Virus record (IMG/VR): IMGVR_UViG_3300032038_000012
Coordinates: 32,001 to 96,000 of that record
Reading direction: 5' to 3' (one strand)
Source of the DNA: a virus
Taxonomy: Duplodnaviria; Caudoviricetes
Length of the DNA: 64,000 bases
Part shown: positions 54,675 to 62,571 of the stretch, piece after piece
How positions within the stretch are numbered: the stretch's first letter is position 1
Layout of the letters: every line of letters begins with the position of its first letter
Program-made: the position numbers and the translations under genes
The notes under the pieces: generated by a model
Seen by the model: only the letters and a program-made list of their open reading frames with translations
Database searches by the model: none
What the model was told of the DNA's origin: nothing

Positions 54675-55279
54675 TGAAAAAGTTAAATATTAAAAGATTT
54701 GCAGTTGATGATAATGCAAATATAAAAATTAATGATGAATTGAAACTTGGAACAAGTGGTATATCATTAGCAGATTTAGTAGTAATGAAAGGTTTCTTTG
54801 ATATGTTTCATTTTGAAACTAAAACTTTTGGCGGAGCTACTTGGTTAAAGGTTTATTATACAAATAGTAAAAATGGAACTGTTTTATGGAAAGATATAGA
54901 TGAATTAGGTTTTAGTTTGCAGGCTTATAAATGGTCTATATTGGGGATGCTTCCATATTTTTATAATAATACTTGGAAATATGAGTTCTTATTAGAGTAT
55001 CCGTCTTTAGGAAAATATAATAGATGGCGTCAAACAAGTAATCCATTATTGGCAGATCAATCTGTTTCTGGTTATAGTGCAGTAGATATTTCTATGACAC
55101 AAAATAATTGGGGCGGATTAGCATTATCAAGTACAAAAGGAACCTCTTGTATTATAGATGGCTCACCTGGAGCAACAACTTGGTATTATGCAATAGGACA
55201 ACAAGCTGCTTATCAAGGTGGAATTCCTGCCAATGATCCTAGTGTTCAAGAGGTTTATTTATGGATTAGAATAGGTTAA
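54674..55279 (+). CDS. Putative receptor-binding protein with fibrinogen-C/lectin-like domain
   Basis: GG.TW..V, YEFLLEYP...YNRWRQTSNP, NNWGGL, IDG...WYYAIG...GGIP...V.LWIR pattern; GTG start overlapping the upstream TAG. Confidence 0.6.
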   Translation: MKKLNIKRFAVDDNANIKINDELKLGTSGISLADLVVMKGFFDMFHFETKTFGGATWLKVYYTNSKNGTVLWKDIDELGFSLQAYKWSILGMLPYFYNNTWKYEFLLEYPSLGKYNRWRQTSNPLLADQSVSGYSAVDISMTQNNWGGLALSSTKGTSCIIDGSPGATTWYYAIGQQAAYQGGIPANDPSVQEVYLWIRIG

Positions 55280-55286
55280 TATAAAT

Positions 55287-55312
55287 GAGATGTGGAAACA
55301 CATCTCTTTTTT
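55287..55312 (+). terminator. Rho-independent terminator
   Basis: GAGATGTG-GAAA-CACATCTC + T6. Confidence 0.85.
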
Positions 55313-55315
55313 ATT

Positions 55316-55362
55316 GGTCTAATATAGAAAATACAAATTAGTGTCTTTTTAAATATTTTTAG
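55316..55362 (+). promoter_or_regulatory. Bipartite late-promoter-like motif, copy 7
   Basis: GGTCTAAT...CTTTTTAAATATTTTTAG, 46-nt spacing. Confidence 0.6.
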
Positions 55363-55397
55363 AAGAGGGAATATTATAGGAAGAAAGGAGTTATGAT

Positions 55398-55910
55398 ATG
55401 GGACAACTATTAGCTAAATATACTATTACTGAAATTGTTGTATTTTTAGTTCTTTTAGGATTTGCTATTAAAGAGGTTGTTACTTTTTTTGACTGAGCTC
55501 ATAACAGACTTAGAAAAACTTTTAATAAAGAAGATGAACATGAAGAAATTAAAGAACAATTAGAAACAGTTGTAAATCGTTTAAATGATATTGAAACACA
55601 TTTTAACACAATGATAAACGAAAGTCGAGTAAAATATACTGAAATGCAACAATCAATAGATTTATTAATATCGTCAGACAAGGATGATATTAAAGCCTGG
55701 ATAACAGCGCAACATCATTTATTCGTTTATGAATATAAATGTATAGATGATTATAGTTTAGATTGTATTGAGAAAAGATATTCTCATTACAAAGATGAAG
55801 GCGGAAATAGTTTTATTGAATTATTAATGAGCGAAATCCGCGCATTGCCTAAAGTGTCTGTTCTACCAGAGCAGGAAGGAGTAGAGAAAAATGTTGAAGA
55901 TAAAAGATAA
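55398..55910 (+). CDS. Single-TM, coiled-coil holin-like membrane protein (170 aa; TGA=Trp at 55494)
   Basis: AAGGAG RBS, ATG 55398, hydrophobic IVVFLVLLGFAI, FFD*AH, then in frame with listed 55611 ORF ending Y..YK.EGGNS. Confidence 0.65.
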
Positions 55911-56244
55911 AACAAATTTATGCTTCAACCGCGGTGACGAAATTTATTTAACTATTACTCTTGTAAATGAAACGTTTAAAGCTGGAGATAAAGTTCAAAT
56001 GAATATAGTTGAAAAAGAACATTATGAAAATGTTTTATTCACAAAAGATTTTACTGTTGAAGAAGAAGGTGCTTCATATGTTATACACTTAACATCTGAT
56101 GAAACTAGATTTGGAGAGACATTAACAAAAAGAGGAAAAAATTATTGGTATGAAATCTCATTAAATGATATTACACTAATTGGGTATGATGCAATGGGGC
56201 CTAAAATATTATCACTTTTCCCTGAGGCAGAGGTGTCTGAATAA
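55891..56244 (+). CDS. NRGD-family small adaptor protein, paralogue 3
   Basis: FNRGD...WYEISLND..LIGYD..GPK...LFP. Confidence 0.75.
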   Translation: MLKIKDKTNLCFNRGDEIYLTITLVNETFKAGDKVQMNIVEKEHYENVLFTKDFTVEEEGASYVIHLTSDETRFGETLTKRGKNYWYEISLNDITLIGYDAMGPKILSLFPEAEVSE

Positions 56245-56330
56245 TGGATAAAATTTGTGTAAAAATAGAACCACAAAAAGATATAAAAGTCATTTTATCT
56301 GTGGGACAAAATGGAAACGTTAACCAATAA
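56244..56330 (+). CDS. Possible 28-aa peptide
   Basis: TAATG overlap and GAGGTG RBS; MDKICVKIEPQKDIKVILSVGQNGNVNQ. Confidence 0.35.
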   Translation: MDKICVKIEPQKDIKVILSVGQNGNVNQ

Positions 56331-56342
56331 AATCTAAATAAT

Positions 56343-56371
56343 AGAGATGTGATTTTCACATCTCTTTTTTT
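56343..56371 (+). terminator. Rho-independent terminator
   Basis: AGAGATGTGA-TT(T)-TCACATCTCT + T tract. Confidence 0.85.
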
Positions 56372-56374
56372 ATT

Positions 56375-56421
56375 GGACTAATTAAAGCAATATAAATGAC
56401 TACTTTTTTATATATTTTTAG
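56375..56421 (+). promoter_or_regulatory. Bipartite late-promoter-like motif, copy 8
   Basis: GGACTAAT...TTTTTTATATATTTTTAG, 46-nt spacing. Confidence 0.6.
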
Positions 56422-56450
56422 AACAGAGAGAAAAAAGGAGTGTGAATTAA

Positions 56451-58106
56451 ATGGCAGCAACAAATGCTTTATATCCAGCATTAATAGAAACATATATGCC
56501 CGCTTTTTTAATTGACAGTGGAGACACAGAAAAAGATATTTGTAAAGTTTATTTTTCTATATCTCAATATAATAGTATTGGTGATATTGCTAATGCACAA
56601 GTTTCAGTAAGAAATCAAAATACTAATTTATCAGTATTAAATAAAGCACAATATCCTTGTGAAGTTATGGTAACTAATATTTATACAGATGAAACAGTTA
56701 CAACTGATTATAAATATTATGTAAAAATTAGAAAAACAGATATGGAAAATAATAACTTTAAAATAGATGAATATTATAAGGTACAAATTAGATTTACAGA
56801 TACTCAGGCTAGTCCTCTTCCTCAAGGAATGACACCTCCGCAAAAGATTGATAGCTGATTAGTTAGCAATTTAGATCATTTTTCAGAATGGTCAAGTGTT
56901 TGTTTAATTAGGGGCATTTCTAAACCAAGTTTAGACTTATTAGATTGGGATCCTGAAGAAACAAGAGATATAGATTGAAGTATTCAAAATACTCAAATAA
57001 ATGGTTCTTTAACTTTTACAGATGCTAATGAAAATGAAACATTAAAAAGTTATAGAATTAAACTATATGATAGTGAAGATAATTTATTAACTGATAGCGG
57101 AGATATTTTTACAAGTAATTATAACAATGTAAATACTATTAGTTATACTTTTAAATATAATTTTAAAGTAGATACTTCTTATTATTATACTTTTGAATAT
57201 ACAACTCAAAATCTTTATTCAGAGATTTTTACTTATAATTTTAGAATGATACAAGGAAATACTCAATCTTATAATTTACTTTTAACAGGGTATATCCGCC
57301 CTGAAGATGGAAATATAGATATTCAAGTTAGAAGAAGTACAGACCAAACCCCAGTATCAGGAAATATTGTTATTAGAAGAAGTTCTAGTAAAGAGAATTT
57401 TACAATATGGGAAGATATTCATACAGAAAGTATTTTAAATGTTCAAGAGGTAGATATTACATGGTCTGATTTTACTGTTGAAAGTGGAGTATGGTATAGT
57501 TATTGTGCTCAAGTTGTATTACCAGATGGAACAAGAGGTAAAATAACTGAAATTGCAAAACCTGTTATGATTGTTTTAGATGATATATTTCTAACAACCG
57601 CAGAAAGACAATTAAAAGTAAAATTCAATCCATCATTAAGTTCAATTAAAAGAAATATTAATGAAACAAGAACTGATACTATTGGTTCTCAATTCCCTTT
57701 CATAAAAAGAAATGGAGATATGAACTATGTTTCATTTCCTATTGGAGGACTTATATCTTCAGAGATGGATGAAAATAGAAAATTTACTTCTAAAACTGAA
57801 TTGTATGGAGATAATAGAAATTTCTATCAAGAGTATAATGAACAATATGAAATCAATAGACATTCAGATGTAGTATATGAAAGAGCTTTTAGAGAGGCGG
57901 TTATGGATTTCTTATACTCAGGAGAGGTTATGTTATTTAGATCTCCAACTGAAGGAAACTACTTAATTAGAATTATGGATTTAAGTTTCTCACCAGAAAC
58001 TACTTTAGGCAGACGTCTTTGGTCATTTAGCGGAACTGCTTATGAAATAGATTCTTGTTCTATTGACAATTATGATACTTATAAAATTATTGAAGGAAGA
58101 TACTAA
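56451..58106 (+). CDS. Distal tail/baseplate protein with Fn3-like segments (551 aa; TGA=Trp at 56856, 56976)
   Basis: Joins 56451..56858 and 57246..58106 in one frame; FSEWS motif; C-terminal DTIGSQFPF..RNG...Y..FPI, FRSPTEGN. Confidence 0.75.
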
Positions 58107-58108
58107 TT

Positions 58109-61100
58109 ATGAAACGTAATTATGTATATTTAAATGACTCAGATTTTTTAGAAAAAATAAACTCAGATAGACAACAAACCCAATATGTAAAAATTACATT
58201 GTTAGACTGGGAAGAAAATCCTATAGAGGAAATTCAAGGTCTTACTACCGGAGGTTCTATCAATTTGAACGGCGACTCCGCAGTAAGAAGAACTTGTAAT
58301 TTATCAATGTATGTTTACAAAGAAAATTATATGAGGATTACCGATCCAAATAATATGATTTCAATAAATAAAAAAGTTTTTCTTGAGGTGGGTTTAAAAA
58401 ATAATACAGATAAATATACTGATTATGATATTATATGGCAACCTCAAGGAATATATGTAATTACAGCATGTGGGACTTCACACAGTACAAGCGGAATTAC
58501 GTTAAATCTTAACTTGCAAGACAAGATGTGTTTATTAAATGGTACATGCGGTGGAGTCCTACCCTCATCAATTCAATTTGATAGATATGATACTATTGAT
58601 GAATCAGGTATGTATGTTACATTAAGACCTACTATTGTTCAAATCATTCGAGAATTAGTAAACCATTGGGGAAATGAACAATTAGGTAAAATTATTATAA
58701 AAGATATTGATGAAAGAATTAAATGTGCTATGCGTTGGATTGGAGATACTCCTGTTTATGCTTATCATAATGGAAGTCAATATGGTATGACAACTAACAA
58801 ATCAGAAGTTGAAGATTCTGGTGAAATACTAGGAATAAGCGGGAATGGTACATTAACAGGAAATAGTGATTTTACTATTGATGAAAATGGAGTTCTTGAT
58901 TATCCTGATGGACTTTATACAGATTCAAATGGAAAAATGAAAGTCGTATCTCATAATTATACAGAATATAATTGGGGTGAAGATGTTGGATATATCTTTA
59001 CAGACTTCACTTATCCTGGAGATTTAATTGCAAATCCAGGAGATACAATTTGTACTATTTTAGATAAAATAAAAGCTACATTAGGTAATTATGAATATTT
59101 TTATGATGTAGATGGAAACTTTCATTTTCAAGAAATTAAAAATTATTTAAACATTACTCAAGCAACAACAGACTTAAATAATATGCATAATGAACAATAT
59201 CTAGTAGATATTTCAAAAGGACAAAATGTTTATAACTTTAAAGATAGTACATTATTTACAAACTATTCTAATTCACCAAATTATAGTAATATTAAAAATG
59301 ATTATGTTGTTTGGGGAATTAGAGAAAATACAGAAGGAATTAAAGTTCCTATTCGTTATCATTTAGCTATTGATACTAAACCACAAACAGGAAATATATA
59401 TAATGTATTTTTCTACGATGATCCAGATGATGGATTAACAAAAGTTAAAGTTCCTATTGAGTTTGTAGATAAAAGTCATTTCCCAACTAAAGGTGCAGAA
59501 GGATGCTTTTATATGGATAAAGCGTCTAGCATTATTTATAAGTGGGATGGCGAAATAGAAGATTTTGTAATTGTTTCTGGCGGAGAGATCGAGCCTTATA
59601 GCACTAAGAGTGAGTTCCCGCAAACAGGAGAACAAGGTGTTGTATATGTTGATAATTCAACAGCAAAGACATATAATTGGGGATTAGATAAGACATCAGA
59701 GCATTTTAGCAAAGTGCAAGAAGAGTTGGATGGACTTTCTACTACATATTATACCAATTTACAAAGTGTCCATTCAAACATTGAAAATACCGATGACACT
59801 ATTAACAGTTTACAAAATTCACTTGTTGAAGTGAACAATACAATTACCCCTATTGAACAAAATATTGCTAAAACTACAAATGAGAAAAATGAAGCTGAAA
59901 GACAAAAACAAAGAAATTTAAATGAGGCGGATGCTCTTCAAGATCAATACGATGAGGATTTAGAACAAAAACCTATCGTTGAGGCGGAGATCGCTGACTT
60001 GAATGATGAGCTAACCGAGTTAATAGATTTAAATAAGGCAACAGTCAATGGAGAATTAATTGATGTAACAAATGCAGAAAATGCAAATATATTATCAATT
60101 AAGGTTCATGGTAAAACAACTCAAAGAGCTACTCCATCAATGACTAGACCTATACAAGTATTCCCTTTAACAGGTAGTGTATCTATTACCGCAAGTACAA
60201 GAACAGGGTTAGAAAATACTTTATATTATTATTTAGGAAATGGAAATTTTGCTCTTGCAGATGATTATATTAAAGATGGAATATTAACTAATAATTATGG
60301 AAAATATACTTTATTAGGATATGAGAACTGGATTGTAACAACTACAACTTCAGACTATATTGAATTTAGTTATGATGCTCCTATTGAAGCTGGAGTAACT
60401 GCTACAACTTATTCAAGTTATTTTCCTAATACAGAAGATTGTAGAATAGATGTAACTGGAACTATGATTTCTGTTAGAGTTCCTAGAAATATGAATATTA
60501 CTACAAAAGAAGAATTTAATGATTGGATTATAAATAGTTTAACTCAATTTGCTATTCCTGTTGATGTTTATTATAAATTAGCTACACCTAAAGAAACTGA
60601 AATAGCTTCAGTAGGAATTTTAAAAACTTATAATCCAGAAACAATTATTTCAAATGACATCTCATCTCAAATAGAATTAACATATATGACTAACACATAT
60701 TCACAAGAGATTGCAGATGTTGAAGCTGAATTGAGGACTCAAGAGAAAAAATTAAGAACTATAAATAAAGAAATTGCGGAATTACCTGATACTATCCAAA
60801 CTCACCTAGATATTGCTCAACAATTAACTGGAGATATTATGGTAATGGAACAAAATTTAACTCGTTTAAACAATCAATTAGCGCCACTAGAAGCTCAAAG
60901 AGCTGAAATAGTAGAAGCTATTACCGCCCAAGAAGGTTATAAAGACGATTATATTAATCAAGAAAATGTTCTTACATATGGCTACAATGAAGATTATGCA
61001 GCAATTGCCGCAACTCAATATGAGTATGTAGAAACAAGTTTGATTGCAATGGATAAAGTTCAAACTACAGACTGGCGTTCTGAATTATATCTTCAAGGTG

Positions 61101-61756
61101 CAGCCGCAGAACCTCTAGGAGTTTCAAGTAATTATTACTATCCAGAGTTAGCTGCCGAATGGCCAAAGATATATGATATGAAGAAAAATCACTATTTAGA
61201 TACGCAAGGAAATATTATCTACACAGGTGGATTTAAAGATGAAATATTAGCTAATCCAAGTAATATGGATTATTTCCTAGACTTTATTGATTCAGATGCA
61301 GCAATTTCTCAATTCAATGTAAATGCCATTGGTAGAAGATCTATGGTAGAAAGTAATGATGGATTTAATTGTGTGTTTGAACCTATTATTCCTGACTATG
61401 TTATTATTGAAAAGGGACAAGGAGAAGATACTAGAAGAAAAAGAGAAGAATGTGAAAAGAAAGGTCAAGCATTTATTCAAGTTGAATCAGCAATTTTTAA
61501 TACTTTAGCAACTGGTGGTGCTTCTAACGGATGTTTTGAAGAAGTAAAAATGTTATTATATAATTATACAGGATATAATGAACAAATTAATTTAAGTATG
61601 ATACCATTATATTATTTAGAACCAAATATTAGAATTGGAGTTAGAGATATAGAAGCTGATATTTCAGGTGATTTTATTATTAAAACTATATCTTTACCTT
61701 TAGCCGTTGGTGGTACAATGTCTGTCTCAGCTACTAGAGCGATTGAAAAGTTATAA
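58109..61756 (+). CDS. Tail hub/baseplate protein with coiled-coil insertion
   Basis: GGSINL.G.SAVRRTC.L, YEYFYD.DG.F.FQ, C-terminal P.YYLEPN.RI.V.D......GDF.I..IS.PL...GTM. Confidence 0.65.
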   Translation: MKRNYVYLNDSDFLEKINSDRQQTQYVKITLLDWEENPIEEIQGLTTGGSINLNGDSAVRRTCNLSMYVYKENYMRITDPNNMISINKKVFLEVGLKNNTDKYTDYDIIWQPQGIYVITACGTSHSTSGITLNLNLQDKMCLLNGTCGGVLPSSIQFDRYDTIDESGMYVTLRPTIVQIIRELVNHWGNEQLGKIIIKDIDERIKCAMRWIGDTPVYAYHNGSQYGMTTNKSEVEDSGEILGISGNGTLTGNSDFTIDENGVLDYPDGLYTDSNGKMKVVSHNYTEYNWGEDVGYIFTDFTYPGDLIANPGDTICTILDKIKATLGNYEYFYDVDGNFHFQEIKNYLNITQATTDLNNMHNEQYLVDISKGQNVYNFKDSTLFTNYSNSPNYSNIKNDYVVWGIRENTEGIKVPIRYHLAIDTKPQTGNIYNVFFYDDPDDGLTKVKVPIEFVDKSHFPTKGAEGCFYMDKASSIIYKWDGEIEDFVIVSGGEIEPYSTKSEFPQTGEQGVVYVDNSTAKTYNWGLDKTSEHFSKVQEELDGLSTTYYTNLQSVHSNIENTDDTINSLQNSLVEVNNTITPIEQNIAKTTNEKNEAERQKQRNLNEADALQDQYDEDLEQKPIVEAEIADLNDELTELIDLNKATVNGELIDVTNAENANILSIKVHGKTTQRATPSMTRPIQVFPLTGSVSITASTRTGLENTLYYYLGNGNFALADDYIKDGILTNNYGKYTLLGYENWIVTTTTSDYIEFSYDAPIEAGVTATTYSSYFPNTEDCRIDVTGTMISVRVPRNMNITTKEEFNDWIINSLTQFAIPVDVYYKLATPKETEIASVGILKTYNPETIISNDISSQIELTYMTNTYSQEIADVEAELRTQEKKLRTINKEIAELPDTIQTHLDIAQQLTGDIMVMEQNLTRLNNQLAPLEAQRAEIVEAITAQEGYKDDYINQENVLTYGYNEDYAAIAATQYEYVETSLIAMDKVQTTDWRSELYLQGAAAEPLGVSSNYYYPELAAEWPKIYDMKKNHYLDTQGNIIYTGGFKDEILANPSNMDYFLDFIDSDAAISQFNVNAIGRRSMVESNDGFNCVFEPIIPDYVIIEKGQGEDTRRKREECEKKGQAFIQVESAIFNTLATGGASNGCFEEVKMLLYNYTGYNEQINLSMIPLYYLEPNIRIGVRDIEADISGDFIIKTISLPLAVGGTMSVSATRAIEKL

Positions 61757-61761
61757 AAACT

Positions 61762-61805
61762 AAAAAAGACTCAAGAGATTTTAAAACTCTTGAGTCTTTT
61801 TTTTT
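61762..61805. terminator. Bidirectional terminator between convergent units
   Basis: AAAAAAGACTCAAGAG...CTCTTGAGTCTTTTTTTTT. Confidence 0.85.
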
Positions 61806-61895
61806 ATGCAATTTTAAATTGTATTTATTTTAAAAATAAGAAAAAGAAAACTTATGATAAAAAATCTTACCACTTGTAATTTTTGTTAGTTATTT

Positions 61896-62402
61896 TTATT
61901 CCCAATTAATTTCATTAGGTTCATTTTTAAATTGCGCGAATCCGATACATATTGCATCAGCCTCGTCATCATTTACTTTTATCCCATATTGTTCTTCTAC
62001 AAAGGCGATATCCGCTTCTTTTAATGAGGTTCTTTTTATACCTCTACCATTTTTAATTCCGCATGCCGCTCTCCATGAACTAGGATATATATATTCAATA
62101 ACAACTTTTTTATTGTATTTATCATGGATTAAAAATTCTAACGCAGCCTGAAGATACATTAACGCTTTATGAGTTTTTTGATTACCTACCCCATATCCGC
62201 CTTCAGGTCTAACTTCTTCTACTATGATTTTATCAATTTCATTATTTTGTAAAATTTCATCGATAGCATCCGCCATAATGTGAATTCTTTTTATTAAGTC
62301 TGTTGAAGAAGATGTAATACATCCGTGGTCTTTTAAGTCGCCATCTGCGAAGATTGCCCATCCAGAACTTTTTGTACTTAAATCTAACGATAATAATTTC
62401 AT
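61896..62402 (-). CDS. ruvC: RuvC-like Holliday junction resolvase
   Basis: LSLDLSTKSSGWA, IVEE, P..WR, DDEADAICIG acidic catalytic pattern. Confidence 0.8.
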   Translation of the reverse strand: MKLLSLDLSTKSSGWAIFADGDLKDHGCITSSSTDLIKRIHIMADAIDEILQNNEIDKIIVEEVRPEGGYGVGNQKTHKALMYLQAALEFLIHDKYNKKVVIEYIYPSSWRAACGIKNGRGIKRTSLKEADIAFVEEQYGIKVNDDEADAICIGFAQFKNEPNEINWE

Positions 62403-62432
62403 TAAATCTCCTCCTTTATTTCCTATATCTAC

Positions 62433-62461
62433 ATTATATCAAAAAATATTGAATTTGTCAA
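62433..62461 (-). promoter_or_regulatory. SigA/sigma70 consensus promoter for the resolvase gene
   Basis: Minus strand TTGACA-17 nt-TATAAT with TG extension; AAGGAGGAG RBS downstream. Confidence 0.85.
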
Positions 62462-62540
62462 GAAATTATTTTCGATTTAAAAAATTCCAAATGGCTTTTT
62501 GATTTTGAGTTGACGATTGTCCGCGCGCCATTCGTCCCAT

Positions 62541-62571
62541 AAAAAAAAGATGGATACTATTTATCCATCTT
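62541..62571 (-). terminator. Terminator after glycosyltransferase gene
   Basis: Stem AAGATGGATA/TATCCATCTT with A8 on the plus strand (U8 on minus transcript). Confidence 0.75.

Noticed and set aside
43295-55279. Diversity-generating retroelement acting on fibre genes
   Set aside because: No reverse transcriptase and no template/variable repeat pair differing only at adenines was seen in this window
220-56978. TGA as selenocysteine or glycine (code 25)
   Set aside because: Paralogue and repeat alignments place TGA opposite Trp, not Cys or Gly; no common downstream hairpin or fixed +4 base noticed
23571-58106. Fragmented tail genes as pseudogenes of a decaying prophage
   Set aside because: All interruptions are TGA with the frame preserved; no TAA/TAG nonsense codons or frameshifts seen, and many TGAs fall at conserved Trp positions
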